Shown here: in pieces, positions 41,200 through 52,571 of the stretch
Layout: every line of letters begins with the position of its first letter
Position numbering within the stretch: the first letter of the stretch is position 1
DNA from: Streptococcus sanguinis
GTDB taxonomy: Bacteria > Bacillota > Bacilli > Lactobacillales > Streptococcaceae
Direction of reading: 5' to 3'
Length of the DNA stretch: 56,881 bases
Assembly: GCA_015264985.1 (NCBI GenBank)
Contig: JABZYU010000001.1
Coordinates: 1-56,881, forward strand
Translations under genes and position numbers: made by a program
The notes under the pieces: generated by a model
Told to the model about the DNA's origin: nothing
Database searches by the model: none
The model's input: only the letters and a program-made list of their open reading frames with translations

Positions 41200-41364
41200 C
41201 TATTTTTCATACGCTTGAAAAATTTTCAACATCACCACAATCAAGATAATTCCCACAAAAGGCAGGATTTCCTTAGGGATAAAATTGGCTTGCAAATGGA
41301 GATAAGACAAGCCAACAACGACCAAAATAGCCAATATCCATTTACACAAATAAGTCCATTTCAT
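41200..41364 (-). CDS. 54-aa two-helix membrane protein, not in ORF track
   Basis: MKWTYLCKWILAILVVVGLSYLHLQANFIPKEILPFVGIILIVVMLKIFQAYEK*; GAGGAGG RBS; ATGA overlap with upstream stop. Confidence 0.75.
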   Translation of the reverse strand: MKWTYLCKWILAILVVVGLSYLHLQANFIPKEILPFVGIILIVVMLKIFQAYEK

Positions 41365-41564
41365 GATTCATCCTCCTCAAAGAGAAACACTTCTTCAATC
41401 CTTAAATTGAAAAAGGATGCAATTCTATGAGCCAAAAGCAGCGAAGCATTGTAGCGGCCTTTTTCCAAAGAAATAATCGTTTGTCTCGTAACTTCTAGCT
41501 TCTCAGCCAGCTCCTCCTGGCTGAGCTTTTTTCTTTTTCGCAATTCTTGAATTCGATTTTCCAA
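41361..41564 (-). CDS. XRE/Cro family HTH regulator
   Basis: LSQEELA..LEVTRQTIISLEKGRY; TTG start after AAAGGAGG. Confidence 0.92.
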   Translation of the reverse strand: MENRIQELRKRKKLSQEELAEKLEVTRQTIISLEKGRYNASLLLAHRIASFFNLRIEEVFLFEEDES

Positions 41565-41584
41565 GGCTGCCTCCTTTCCACGAT

Positions 41585-41640
41585 GTAAAATAAACTTTAC
41601 TTTTCAAATATAGTATAGTTTCCTTTACATATTTTGTCAA
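41585..41640 (-). promoter_or_regulatory. Promoter with two GTAAA-N6-TTTAC-type operators
   Basis: TTGACA-N17-TATACT; imperfect palindromes at 41585-41600 and 41613-41628. Confidence 0.7.
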
Positions 41641-41712
41641 GAATAAAGCGGCAAAAAAGAACTGAAACTTTGAACATTTCAGTCCTTTTAGCATCTTTAT
41701 TGATTTCCTTTG

Positions 41713-42750
41713 TTATTTGCCTTTTAAAGCTACAGTCAACTCGACACAGGCTCCTCCTTGGTCTGGATTGAGCAGGGTCAGACGACCACCGTGCAAGAGA
41801 GCTACCTGCTTAGAAAAGGCTAAGCCGATACCATGATGGGGATTAGCTGAATTGCGGCTTTGGTCACTCTGATAAAAGAGCTGTTCCGCTCCCAGCAGCA
41901 TCTCCTCTGAAAATGCAGGGCCATTGTTCCAGATAGCAAAAACTAACTGGTCCTGCTGCACTGATACCGTTAGCTTGACTTCCTTTTGATTCTGGTCTGC
42001 ATGTTCAAGCGCATTCAGTAAAATATTGAGCAAAGCTCGCTTGAGATAGTCCAAATGAATCGACAAAATCAGACTAAGCTCACAATCTTCTTGGAGGTAG
42101 AAACGATAGCTTTCCTGTTTGCTGAACAGTGCCCAATCGTCCTGGAGATAAGCCAAAAAGTCCCCTAAGGAAAGCTGACTGAACTGATTAGAATCAATCT
42201 GAAAGGTCTTAGCGTAATCAATCAAAGAGCCACAATACTCTTCCATCTTGTGACTAGCCTGCAAAATCTCAGTAGCATAGTCTGCCTGTGGCTGGCCCAA
42301 CTGCGCCAATTCCAAGAGCTCAGCATTCCCCTTAATCACAGTTAGGGGCGTCTTCAAATCGTGCGATGTCGCTGATAGCTGTAAAATCAACTCCTGATTA
42401 TGCTGCTGCTCTCTTTCTAGAAGACGAGTATTTTCTTGGTGGCTGCTCCGTAAATCGCTGTAGACTTCTAGCATTTCCTCAATCCGAAAAAGCTGGCTTT
42501 GATTTTCTTCTAAAAGCTTCTCGCTCTTTAGCATTTTTATTTCCCTGTCGATTTTTCGGAGCAATTTCAAAATATGATAAAAAGTAATCAGCAGCAAGCT
42601 CCCTGCCCAAAAGAACAAGGTGAAAAGAACGTGATTACTTCCTTGCGTAAATTCATAGCCTATAAGCACAAAAATCAAAACATGAAAAAAGACGATTTTT
42701 AAACTGGTTGTCCAGACTAGGCTTTTGAAATTTCGGGTTCTAATTGCCAT
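41713..42750 (-). CDS. Sensor histidine kinase (short two-TM input)
   Basis: SHDLKTPLT H-box, NILLNALEH, NNGP.F, GIGLAF. Confidence 0.9.
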   Translation of the reverse strand: MAIRTRNFKSLVWTTSLKIVFFHVLIFVLIGYEFTQGSNHVLFTLFFWAGSLLLITFYHILKLLRKIDREIKMLKSEKLLEENQSQLFRIEEMLEVYSDLRSSHQENTRLLEREQQHNQELILQLSATSHDLKTPLTVIKGNAELLELAQLGQPQADYATEILQASHKMEEYCGSLIDYAKTFQIDSNQFSQLSLGDFLAYLQDDWALFSKQESYRFYLQEDCELSLILSIHLDYLKRALLNILLNALEHADQNQKEVKLTVSVQQDQLVFAIWNNGPAFSEEMLLGAEQLFYQSDQSRNSANPHHGIGLAFSKQVALLHGGRLTLLNPDQGGACVELTVALKGK

Positions 42751-43406
42751 CTATAGCCTACTCCTCTCACAGTTGCGATTGCTTGCAGCCCTTCTTGTTT
42801 GCATTTTTGACGAATCTGATACACGTATTCTGAGATGGAGCGAAGCTGTGTTTCTGAACTTTCTGGATAAAGCAAGGTATGCAGGCGTTCAGCTGAAAAG
42901 GTCTGCTTGGGATTGCTAGCTAGTAAATGCAGCAACTTAAACTCTCGCTCTGAAAATTTCAAGACTTTACCAAAACAGGCAACTTCATAGCGCTCAGGAT
43001 AAAATTGACAAGAAGCAATCTCAGAATAGCGCTCCTCACGTCTTTCCTCCCGCCGAAGATGAGCTCTGACACGCGCCAGCAATTCTTTGGTCCCAAAAGG
43101 TTTGACAATATAGTCATCTGCTCCGCGAAAGAGCCCTTCCACCTTGTCCGCCTCCAACTCCTTGGCCGTCAGAAAGATGATTGGACACGAAAGATGAGGA
43201 CGAATGTAGGAACACAGCTCAAAACCATTAACAGGCTCCATCATCACATCCAGCAGAATCAAGTCATATCCGACAAAATGCGTCAGCTCCAGCTCTTCTA
43301 TCCGGTCAAGCGTCGTCACATCATAAGCATCGAGCTCTAGGACGTTTTTCACTAGCTTCAAAATGCTCCGGTCGTCATCAACCACCAAAATACGATACTG
43401 TCTCAT
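42717..43406 (-). CDS. OmpR family response regulator
   Basis: VVDDD, LLDVMM, GADDYIVKPF, TVRGVGY; start 43406. Confidence 0.92.
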   Translation of the reverse strand: MRQYRILVVDDDRSILKLVKNVLELDAYDVTTLDRIEELELTHFVGYDLILLDVMMEPVNGFELCSYIRPHLSCPIIFLTAKELEADKVEGLFRGADDYIVKPFGTKELLARVRAHLRREERREERYSEIASCQFYPERYEVACFGKVLKFSEREFKLLHLLASNPKQTFSAERLHTLLYPESSETQLRSISEYVYQIRQKCKQEGLQAIATVRGVGYRWQLEPEISKA

Positions 43407-43427
43407 GATTTCCATTATAGCATACCT

Positions 43428-44150
43428 CTAGCGAACATCTCGTTTCAAGGTTAAGAATATAGCAGAGCTCCAAACCAAAGCTAACCATAAAAGCTGTATT
43501 CCCAGCCCTGATAGATCTATTGAATGCTGAAGCCTTTCATACTCAAAAAGATTTAGCGTAGCCAGATCGGGTAGGTATTTTGCTTCTTTGATGAAAGTCG
43601 CCAATAAACGGCTGAGACCAATCAAGAGAGGAAAGAGCACTGACACCGGCACAACCCAAGATTGAAATAGCAAAGCGAGGCCGGCAGTTAAAAAAGCCAG
43701 AAAAAGATTGCTGAGAAGACCAAAAGAGCTGTAATAAAGGAATTTCCCCAGTAAGGACCAGCTAAAGTCTAGGTCAAAACGAGCCAGCATAACAAGGAAA
43801 CAGCTGCCTATCATGACACTGTAGAGGACCAAGAGCAGCAAGGCCAGAAAAAGGAATTTCCCAGCCAACCAAGCCTTTCTATTTGATACGGTTAGAAAAT
43901 TCGTTCGCATTCCTGATTTGACAAACTCCTGGGCAAAATAGAGGGAAGTAAAGATGACGATGACAGGCTGCGCCAGATAGAGGGCATGCAAAACCTCGCT
44001 CAGAGCCTTCGTCTGGCCAACTGCTGTCTGACTGTAGTCAAGATTCATTAGAAAAAATGGAACAGCTCCCAGAGCCACCAAGGCTGCACCAAGAGCGAGA
44101 TAGTAAGAACGGAACTTAATCCATTCGCTTCTAAGTAGAGCTTTTATCAT
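43428..44150 (-). CDS. ABC-2 permease (LanG-like)
   Basis: LRSEWIKFRS N-terminus, about six TM; TGATG overlap with upstream permease. Confidence 0.8.
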   Translation of the reverse strand: MIKALLRSEWIKFRSYYLALGAALVALGAVPFFLMNLDYSQTAVGQTKALSEVLHALYLAQPVIVIFTSLYFAQEFVKSGMRTNFLTVSNRKAWLAGKFLFLALLLLVLYSVMIGSCFLVMLARFDLDFSWSLLGKFLYYSSFGLLSNLFLAFLTAGLALLFQSWVVPVSVLFPLLIGLSRLLATFIKEAKYLPDLATLNLFEYERLQHSIDLSGLGIQLLWLALVWSSAIFLTLKRDVR

Positions 44151-44938
44151 CAGTATCGCCCTCCTAAATCCGTCTTCAAAAAGCGCAGAGAGGTCATACC
44201 GCCGATGACTAGTAACCATGCACCAAGTATCAACAGCCCTTGCAAGGGATTGTTGGCATATTGGGAAGTTGGCGTTGCAGCAAACAACTCTCCTGCTGGC
44301 TGTGGCAGATAAGCTCCCCAACTCGTGTGAGCAGCTAGGTAGTTTCCTAAATTATAGATTTGGGGTACGAGAAAAAGCAGAGGAACTAGCATGGTCCGAG
44401 CCAATAAACCTAACAAAAATGAAAGGATTCCTAATAAGGTTAGAGATAAGGTTTTCCACAAAATCAAACTCCAAGCTGCCTGATTGAGCAGAATTGGATC
44501 AAGCCCTTCCTTTCCTAAAGCAAGATGCATGACCATATAGCTACAGTAGATTGATAAAAAGCTACTGGCAAGAGAAAACCAAGCAAAGGTCATGAGTTTC
44601 CCCACAAGCAACTTCAGGCGGTTATTACAGGTCAAGAGACTAGTTCTCAAGCTATGAGACTGAAATTCCATAGCTCCCAAAATTCCAGCTAAGATGACCA
44701 AAACCATGCCTGCCATAGAGGCACCATTGAGACCTAGATATTCCAGCGGGTCAATGGCTTCTGCCAGGCCGGGAACCGTCTCAGGCGTGGCATCCAAGCC
44801 GACAGATAAATACTGTCGACCCTCCATCCAGGATACGGCAGGCACCAATAGCAGCATGAAGGCCATACTCACTTTGAAAGCCTTGGTTGAGCGAATTTTC
44901 AACCATTCTGAATGCAATAAGGACATCGTTTCTTTCAT
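44150..44938 (-). CDS. ABC-2 permease (LanE-like)
   Basis: LHSEWLKIRS N-terminus, conserved E-loop (MEFQSH), about six TM. Confidence 0.8.
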   Translation of the reverse strand: MKETMSLLHSEWLKIRSTKAFKVSMAFMLLLVPAVSWMEGRQYLSVGLDATPETVPGLAEAIDPLEYLGLNGASMAGMVLVILAGILGAMEFQSHSLRTSLLTCNNRLKLLVGKLMTFAWFSLASSFLSIYCSYMVMHLALGKEGLDPILLNQAAWSLILWKTLSLTLLGILSFLLGLLARTMLVPLLFLVPQIYNLGNYLAAHTSWGAYLPQPAGELFAATPTSQYANNPLQGLLILGAWLLVIGGMTSLRFLKTDLGGRY

Positions 44939-44939
44939 C

Positions 44940-45647
44940 TTAAACCTCCTCTGTCAAATCAAAGAAGAGATCTTCTAGACTGTCTGCATCTTGCAGCACC
45001 TCTTCCAATCGTCCCTGCTCAATAATTCGCCCATGATGAATTAAGACTACATCATCTGTCACCATTTGCACCTCTGACAGGATATGGGAAGATAGAAGTA
45101 CTGTTTTCCCTAAATCAGCCTGCCGACGGATGAACTTTCTAAACCACTTAATCCCACTTGGATCTAGTCCATTAGTCGGCTCATCTAATATAAGAAACTG
45201 AGGATCACCCAGCAAAGCTGCTGCTAAACCCAACCGTTGACCTTCCCCCAGAGACAGGCTTGACAAGAGGTCTTTCCTCTTATGAGCGATTCCAGTCATC
45301 TCCAAAACCTCATCGATCCGAGACTTGGAAATGGCATTACTCGCCGCAATAATTCTCAGGTGGTCATAAACCTTTCGATTTGGCAGACCGCCAATGCCGT
45401 CAAAGGCTGCACCTACCGTTCTGAGCGGATAGGTCATTGACTGATAGGTTTGCCCATCAAAAGTCGCCGTCCCTGCTGTCGCCCGATCTAACCCCAAGAG
45501 AATCCTCAAGGTCGAGCTTTTCCCTGCACCATTTGGGCCCAGAAAGGCTGTAATCCGACCGCTTCTAGCAGTAAAAGAAATATCTTCTAAAATCTGCTTG
45601 CTGCCATGCTTTTTGCAGACTCCTTCTATTTTCACTGTATGTTCCAT
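44940..45647 (-). CDS. ABC transporter ATP-binding protein (BcrA/LanF-like)
   Basis: GPNGAGKS, LSLGEGQR, LILDEPTNGLDP, SSHIL. Confidence 0.92.
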   Translation of the reverse strand: MEHTVKIEGVCKKHGSKQILEDISFTARSGRITAFLGPNGAGKSSTLRILLGLDRATAGTATFDGQTYQSMTYPLRTVGAAFDGIGGLPNRKVYDHLRIIAASNAISKSRIDEVLEMTGIAHKRKDLLSSLSLGEGQRLGLAAALLGDPQFLILDEPTNGLDPSGIKWFRKFIRRQADLGKTVLLSSHILSEVQMVTDDVVLIHHGRIIEQGRLEEVLQDADSLEDLFFDLTEEV

Positions 45648-45672
45648 ACTGAACTCCTTTTGATTTTTCTTT

Positions 45673-45705
45673 AGTATACAAGAGAAAGTTCAGAGAAAGT
45701 TCAGA
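45673..45705 (-). promoter_or_regulatory. Tandem 11-bp direct repeat (OmpR-type activator site) plus -10
   Basis: TCTGAACTTTC-TCTGAACTTTC-TCT-TG-TATACT on the minus strand. Confidence 0.7.
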
Positions 45706-45741
45706 CAATAAAAAAACTTGCCTTGCGACAAGCTTCTTTCC

Positions 45742-46554
45742 TCATTTTTCAACCTCATCCCAGAGTTGGCGGATGCTTTTTTTCTGCACCGGATCGACAA
45801 AGTGTGGGGCGATTTCCACCAGAGATTGCAAGACAAAAGCTCGCTCAGCCACATAAGGATGAGGAACAATCAAGTTTGGACTGTATAACTCTTCTTGTCC
45901 TATGTAAAGAATATCCAGGTCAATCACACGCGGTCCCCATTTGACCTCCCGCACACGCCCTAAATCTTCTTCAATAGCTAAGAGCGTCTGCATTAATTCC
46001 TCAGGATTGAGCCAAGTCTCAACTTCAACAACTTGATTGAGAAACGGATCCTGCTCAACCCCACCCCAAGGCTCCGTCTCGATACGACTTGATGCCTGCA
46101 AAATTCTTATATTTTGCTCTGCCATTTTTTCCAAAGCCGCATCCAGATTGGCAGCTGGGTTGCCTTGATTGCTCCCCAGAGCGATAAAGGCTTTCCGCTT
46201 TTGACGCACTAGCTTGACTGAGCAGGTCTCTAAAGGCAGCGGCACCGGCGCCCAAGGCTTCTTGACCTCCAAGCTGACTTTCTGTACCAAAGGATGAGTC
46301 AGAAAAATCCGATCAATCAGCTTATAAGCCAGCGTCTCAATCAAGTCTTCCTTGCTTTCCTGACACCAGTGGGTCAAATCATGAGCCAATTCTCCATAGT
46401 GGATAGAAGCTGTCAGGTCGCCTGTTTTAGCAGCCCGAGTCATATCATAGTCCAAAATCAGATCCAGCACAAAACGCTGGCCCAATTCCTTCTCTGCTCC
46501 AAACAGACCGTGATAGGCATACACTTCCAAATCCTTAATGCGCAGCTGATCCAT
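45742..46554 (-). CDS. sulD: Bifunctional dihydroneopterin aldolase/HPPK
   Basis: AYHG...EKELGQRF FolB domain; [23 protein letters not shown] FolK domain. Confidence 0.94.
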   Translation of the reverse strand: MDQLRIKDLEVYAYHGLFGAEKELGQRFVLDLILDYDMTRAAKTGDLTASIHYGELAHDLTHWCQESKEDLIETLAYKLIDRIFLTHPLVQKVSLEVKKPWAPVPLPLETCSVKLVRQKRKAFIALGSNQGNPAANLDAALEKMAEQNIRILQASSRIETEPWGGVEQDPFLNQVVEVETWLNPEELMQTLLAIEEDLGRVREVKWGPRVIDLDILYIGQEELYSPNLIVPHPYVAERAFVLQSLVEIAPHFVDPVQKKSIRQLWDEVEK

Positions 46555-46641
46555 TCTCTTATCCTTTCTGATTCAAGTTTCTGCATTTTATCCTTGATAA
46601 AATAATCTAACCTTTCCTGACATGCTCCACCACTGATAAGA

Positions 46642-47196
46642 TCAATGCCCCATCAATTTGTAAGCTTCATTTTTTAGGTCCTTATCCGTCGCTAAAACGC
46701 CACGCGCCGCTGTAGTAACTGTTGCAGTGCCAGGCTTTCTGACTCCGCGCATATTCATACACATATGCTCAGCTTCCACCCAGACCAAGGCTCCTTGAGC
46801 ACCCAGATAGTCCATCAAGGCTTCAGCAATCTCTACGGTCAATCGCTCTTGAATCTGCGGTTTCTTGGCATAGACCTCTACTGTTCGGGCCAGCTTGGAC
46901 AGGCCTGCTACCCGACCATTAGGCACATAGGCGATATGAACTTTTCCGTAAAATGGCAGGAAGTGATGCTCACACATGGAATGAAAGAAAATATCCTTCT
47001 CCACTACCATATTATTGTCAATGATTTCAAAAGACTTGGCCAGATGCTCCTCAGCCGTCTCACCCAGCCCAGCAAAGATTTCCTGGTACATTTTAGCAAT
47101 GCGCTGTGGCGTCTCCTGCAAACCTTCGCGGCTTCCGTCTTCTCCAACCGCCTCAATAATCTGGGCTACAGCTGCTTCAATTTTCTTCGTGTCCAT
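46642..47196 (-). CDS. folE: GTP cyclohydrolase I
   Basis: [35 protein letters not shown] before ATG 47196. Confidence 0.96.
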   Translation of the reverse strand: MDTKKIEAAVAQIIEAVGEDGSREGLQETPQRIAKMYQEIFAGLGETAEEHLAKSFEIIDNNMVVEKDIFFHSMCEHHFLPFYGKVHIAYVPNGRVAGLSKLARTVEVYAKKPQIQERLTVEIAEALMDYLGAQGALVWVEAEHMCMNMRGVRKPGTATVTTAARGVLATDKDLKNEAYKLMGH

Positions 47197-48571
47197 ATAT
47201 GCTCCTATGTTCATTTTTATTTTTTGATAATTGACTTGACTGAGAAGGACGCTCAGCAAAGTCTAACTTGCGATTCTCAAGGATTGATTTTCTAACCTGA
47301 GCCAGAAAATAAAGAGAACCCGTAATCAGCAAAAGCTCATCCGGCTCATGCTCTACTGCTAAATAATCTGATAAATAATCCGGCCATTCTTTGTAAGACA
47401 GACCTTGCTGCTCAGCCAAGGCTTGCATGCTTTCTTTAGAAAAACTCCGCGGATCAGCAAAGGCTGTCAAGCTTATAGCTGCTTTGGGAATCTTTTGCAG
47501 TAACTTCACCATATCATCCAAGGCCTTAGTTTGGATACAAGCAAATAAAATGTGCTTCTTATAAGTCGGATAATGCTGGTCCAGTGTTGCTGCTAGCGAC
47601 CGCAAGGCATGAGGATTATGAGCTCCATCCAGAAGGATGAGCGGCTGATCCGATATCCTTTCCAAACGCCCTGGCCATACAGCAGCAAGCAAGGCCCTCT
47701 CAACCTCTTCTTTTGTCAATAAGGGCAGCGACTGTAGCTGACAATATAGGTCACACAAGTGCAGAGCTAGTCCAGCATTGTCCGCCTGATGCAGTCCCAT
47801 CAGAGCTGTTTGATACGAGTCTTTGGCCCGATAGGCATTCGAAAAGGAAAAGCACTCCCCCTTCTCTGACTCTTGATGTTCCACTTGATAAGCTTGAGAC
47901 CAAGAAGAGAGCGGAGCATCTTTTTCAGCAGCCTTCTGCTCGACTACAGCTAGAGCCTCTGGCTCCAGCCTACCGGTCACAATGGGAACTCCAAGCTTGA
48001 TAATACCAGCTTTCTGCTCCGCAATGGCCTCTAGAGTGTCACCCAGCAAGGCCACATGATCCAGACCAACTGTCGTGATAGCAGTCAGTAAGGACTGACA
48101 GACATTGGTACTGTCCAAAAGCCCACCCATGCCGACCTCGATAATAGCCACATCCACCTGCTGCTGGACAAAGTAATCATAAGCTAGGGCAGTTACAATT
48201 TCAAACTCAGTCACTCCCTGTAAACTAGAGTCAGCCGCATGCTGGGCCAAAAGCTCTTGGTAAATAGAAAGTAATCTCTGAAGGTCTTGGTCGGAGATCT
48301 CATTGCCATTAATGGCAATCTGCTCATTGTAGCTGACCAGATAAGGAGAGGTAAAGGTGCCAACACGCAGGTCTCGCACCTCCAAAAGTTGGCGCAGATG
48401 GGCAATGGTTGAACCCTTGCCATTCGTCCCGGCGATATGAATGACTGGCAGCTGCAAATGCGGATTGCCCCGCAACTCCAGCAAAAGCTCCATCCGCTCC
48501 AAGCCAAAATGGGGACTGGCTGTCCGATAGGCTTCCAGCCAACTTAAATCAGGTAATTCTTGTTTTTTCAT
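47177..48571 (-). CDS. folC: Dihydrofolate synthase/folylpolyglutamate synthase
   Basis: [34 protein letters not shown]. Confidence 0.95.
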   Translation of the reverse strand: MKKQELPDLSWLEAYRTASPHFGLERMELLLELRGNPHLQLPVIHIAGTNGKGSTIAHLRQLLEVRDLRVGTFTSPYLVSYNEQIAINGNEISDQDLQRLLSIYQELLAQHAADSSLQGVTEFEIVTALAYDYFVQQQVDVAIIEVGMGGLLDSTNVCQSLLTAITTVGLDHVALLGDTLEAIAEQKAGIIKLGVPIVTGRLEPEALAVVEQKAAEKDAPLSSWSQAYQVEHQESEKGECFSFSNAYRAKDSYQTALMGLHQADNAGLALHLCDLYCQLQSLPLLTKEEVERALLAAVWPGRLERISDQPLILLDGAHNPHALRSLAATLDQHYPTYKKHILFACIQTKALDDMVKLLQKIPKAAISLTAFADPRSFSKESMQALAEQQGLSYKEWPDYLSDYLAVEHEPDELLLITGSLYFLAQVRKSILENRKLDFAERPSQSSQLSKNKNEHRSIYGHEEN

Positions 48572-48572
48572 C

Positions 48573-49538
<966 letters not shown>

Positions 49539-49565
49539 TCATTTCTATTGGCTGCCCTGCTCTTC

Positions 49566-49678
49566 AACAAAAAAGGCACACTCATCTAGTGTACCGCAAA
49601 GCTCTCAGCAGATGCAGCATCCAGTCCTATGAACTGCACTCGACTTCACAAGAAGACCTTATCTAGTCCCTTGTTTCA
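49566..49678 (-). promoter_or_regulatory. Structured leader with intrinsic terminator upstream of folP (folP RNA motif-like attenuator)
   Basis: Promoter TTGTCA/TGGTAAAAT (49685-49712), ~150-nt UTR containing GGTACACT-AGATG-AGTGTGCC-TTTTTT before the start codon. Confidence 0.65.
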
Positions 49679-49720
49679 TTTACCATTTTACCATAATTCT
49701 TCTATTTGACAAAACACTTT

Positions 49721-50359
49721 CTAAAAGCAAAAGGGTAAAAGACTGAGAATAATCATATTTCGGAGAATATGGGCCAGCATAGACAGCTCCAAACGCTGAA
49801 AATAAGGCCTGAGGAGATGGGCAAAGACCAGTCCCAAAACTAGATAGGAGAGAAAACACAGAGTTTCCTGAGGATTTTTCGCAAGGGAAAAGCAGAGCAA
49901 ACCTAGTGCAATCCCCCAGCTCTTCCGATAGCGAAGAGAGAAGTCACTGTCAACAAATTTCGGTGCTGCGGGGGATAAAACGGCGATGTCAATCCCCAAA
50001 AGCAAAAGAGAAGATGACAGAAAACTCTCCGTCAGCATCTGCTCCACCGCCTGTCCTGACTGCGCCTCCTTGCCACACAGCAGAAGAACCCCCGCAGCAT
50101 TGACCAAAATCATCAAAAAATACAAGAAAAGCAAGTCTCGATAGTTTCTTGACTGACGCAGAGAACCTTTGATTTCCTGAAGTTCTCTGGAAAAATAAAA
50201 GGCGCAACAAAAAAGCAACCCCAGCAAGCCCACCATAAAAAGCAGATTAGCCTGACTAAAGACCAAGCGGTGAGGCATTGGATGAAGCATGAGCAGTAGT
50301 CCCGTCTGAGTCAACATAGCCAGCAATAACAATTGGATGATTTTTTCTAATTTCAGCAT
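49721..50359 (-). CDS. Membrane protein, degenerate CPBP-like paralogue
   Basis: C-terminal RLELSMLAHILRN matches the neighbour's RLEMSILAHMLRN; lacks EExxxR and FxxxH. Confidence 0.6.
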   Translation of the reverse strand: MLKLEKIIQLLLLAMLTQTGLLLMLHPMPHRLVFSQANLLFMVGLLGLLFCCAFYFSRELQEIKGSLRQSRNYRDLLFLYFLMILVNAAGVLLLCGKEAQSGQAVEQMLTESFLSSSLLLLGIDIAVLSPAAPKFVDSDFSLRYRKSWGIALGLLCFSLAKNPQETLCFLSYLVLGLVFAHLLRPYFQRLELSMLAHILRNMIILSLLPFCF

Positions 50360-50475
50360 ATTCTCTCCATTCTTCTCTTATCATTATAGAAGAAGCAAGA
50401 GCAAGCTGGGAAAAATCCCCTCAAATGTCCTAATTTGTGCCTCAAATGACAAAAAAGCAGATATTCTCTGCTTTC

Positions 50476-51153
50476 TTACTTGTTCACCAAACCTGTTAGT
50501 ATCATAATGAGAACTGCAACTCCATTTCTCAGCATGTGTGCCAAAATAGACATTTCCAAACGCTTAAATATGTAAGCAACCGCAGCTAAAACAGCACCCA
50601 TACCTGCATATATAACAAAACTGCCGATATTGGTCGGACCATGAAAAAGACCGAAAAGAATGACTCCTACAACCAAGCCCCAAACATAATGCTTGGTAAA
50701 AATTTTCTGAGGAATCAAGCCGCGAAAGACTACTTCCTCCAAGATAGGAGCCTGAATCACAGCTCCTACTACTAATAAAATCTTGGGTACATGCTGAAAT
50801 AATGCATTCAAGGCATCCTGATTGGCAGTGGAAATAGCCTGACCTTCCAGCAGCATGATAATTGCTCCTAACATGTTGACGCCAATCATGACAACATTAG
50901 AAACAGCTAACCAGCCAAACGAAGACCATTTAAAAAAGCTAAAGTCAAGGCTCAGTAGTTCTTCTTGCTTAGCCATTCTCAGAACAAAAAAGATAATCAA
51001 AAGATATACAACCAGCACAAAGATAGTCTGTCCAGCTGAAAAACTCTTCTCAGAAGCAGTCATCTGCCGGATAAATATAAATGGTATCTGGCTGAGAAAT
51101 AAGACAAACAGAGTCAGTAGGATGTACTCTAATTTTTTTAGAATTGCTTTCAT
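50476..51153 (-). CDS. CPBP/Abi (CAAX) intramembrane metalloprotease
   Basis: PILEEVVFRG, FGLFH, AHMLRN; AAGGAG before ATG 51153. Confidence 0.92.
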   Translation of the reverse strand: MKAILKKLEYILLTLFVLFLSQIPFIFIRQMTASEKSFSAGQTIFVLVVYLLIIFFVLRMAKQEELLSLDFSFFKWSSFGWLAVSNVVMIGVNMLGAIIMLLEGQAISTANQDALNALFQHVPKILLVVGAVIQAPILEEVVFRGLIPQKIFTKHYVWGLVVGVILFGLFHGPTNIGSFVIYAGMGAVLAAVAYIFKRLEMSILAHMLRNGVAVLIMILTGLVNK

Positions 51154-51338
51154 ATCTTTCTCCTTTTCCTTCCTAGTATAGCTCAATTTTCTTATTTTGT
51201 ATATCACTTATTGAAAACTAGTGCTGATAGTGACTATGAGATAGAATCGCACAGTTTTTCCAAGGCCAGCAATCAAGAAAATCCTCTCTTAAAACCTACA
51301 AAAAGCCCAGTCAAACTGAGCTTTTGAATTTTCTTAAT

Positions 51339-52532
51339 TTATTGATTTTTAAATCGTTCAACATCACGCGCGATGACCAATTCTTCGTCAGTCGGGATAA
51401 CCAAGACTTTGACCTTGGCATCAGAACTGGAAATCACGCCTTCTGCACCACGCACATTCTTTTCTGGGTCTACGTTACAGCCAAACCAAGAAATACCATT
51501 AATAACCAGTTCACGAATGGTCACAGAATTTTCACCAATTCCTGCGGTAAAGATGATAGCATCAGCTCCATTCAAGACAGCAAGATACTGACCAATGTAT
51601 TTTTGAATCCGGTCCACAAAAATGTCATTAGCTAATTGAGCCTTGGCATCACCTGCCCGCATTGCTTCATGAATATCACGCATATCACTTGACTTCTCAG
51701 AAACTCCAAGCAAGCCAGATTCACGATTCAAAACGCGGCTAATATCTTCCGGAGTATTAAAGTCATCTGTGTATTGCATCAGGTAAGGAATGATGGCTGG
51801 GTCGATATCCCCAGTCCGCGTTCCCATCATGACACCGCCAAGTGGTGTGAATCCCATAGATGTATCTACAGAAACGCCCTTGTCAACTGCTGTGATAGAA
51901 GCTCCGTTACCGATATGGCAAGTAATAAGTTTGAGTTCTTCAATTGGACGTCCCAAAATTTTAGCAGCTTCCTTGGCTACATACTCATGGCTGGTACCGT
52001 GAGCTCCGTACTTGCGGACCTTGTTTTCAGTGTAATATTTAGTCGGAATCGGATAGCGATAAGCTTTTTCCGGCATAGTTGTATGAAAAGAGGTGTCAAA
52101 GACTACCACGCTGGTAATGTCTGGCAGAATTTCTCTAAAAGCACGGATGCCTGCAGCATTGGCTGGATTATGCAATGGAGCTAGAAGAGACAGCTCCTCT
52201 ACCTTTTGAATCACTTCTTCATCAACGAGGGCTGAATCCTTAAAGTGTTCACCGCCAGCCACAACACGATGGCCCACACCGGTAATTTCATCATAAGATT
52301 CGATGATATTAAAGCGTTTCAAATCATCCAGCAAAATTTTTACGGCCTGCGTGTGATCTGCAATATCAAGAACCTGCTTTTCTGAACGACCATCAAATTT
52401 CACTGTTGAAATAGAATCCTTGAGACCAATCCGTTCCAGCAAGCCCTTAGCCAAGACCTTTTCTTCCGGCATCAAGTAGAGTTGCCATTTTAAGCTTGAG
52501 CTTCCTGCATTAATAGAAATTGTTTTCGACAT
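51339..52532 (-). CDS. ackA: Acetate kinase
   Basis: [38 protein letters not shown]. Confidence 0.97.
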   Translation of the reverse strand: MSKTISINAGSSSLKWQLYLMPEEKVLAKGLLERIGLKDSISTVKFDGRSEKQVLDIADHTQAVKILLDDLKRFNIIESYDEITGVGHRVVAGGEHFKDSALVDEEVIQKVEELSLLAPLHNPANAAGIRAFREILPDITSVVVFDTSFHTTMPEKAYRYPIPTKYYTENKVRKYGAHGTSHEYVAKEAAKILGRPIEELKLITCHIGNGASITAVDKGVSVDTSMGFTPLGGVMMGTRTGDIDPAIIPYLMQYTDDFNTPEDISRVLNRESGLLGVSEKSSDMRDIHEAMRAGDAKAQLANDIFVDRIQKYIGQYLAVLNGADAIIFTAGIGENSVTIRELVINGISWFGCNVDPEKNVRGAEGVISSSDAKVKVLVIPTDEELVIARDVERFKNQ

Positions 52533-52543
52533 TTCTTCACCTC

Positions 52544-52571
52544 TTTAAGCGTTTTCAAAATCATTATATCA
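52544..52571 (-). promoter_or_regulatory. ackA extended -10 and cre-like site
   Basis: TGATATAAT (52563-52571) followed by TGAAAACGCTTAAA (52544-52557). Confidence 0.65.

Noticed and set aside
47177..47290. FolC C-terminal extension overlapping folE, suggesting a frameshift
   Set aside because: All FolC motifs are intact and sul operon genes commonly overlap; no slippery site evident
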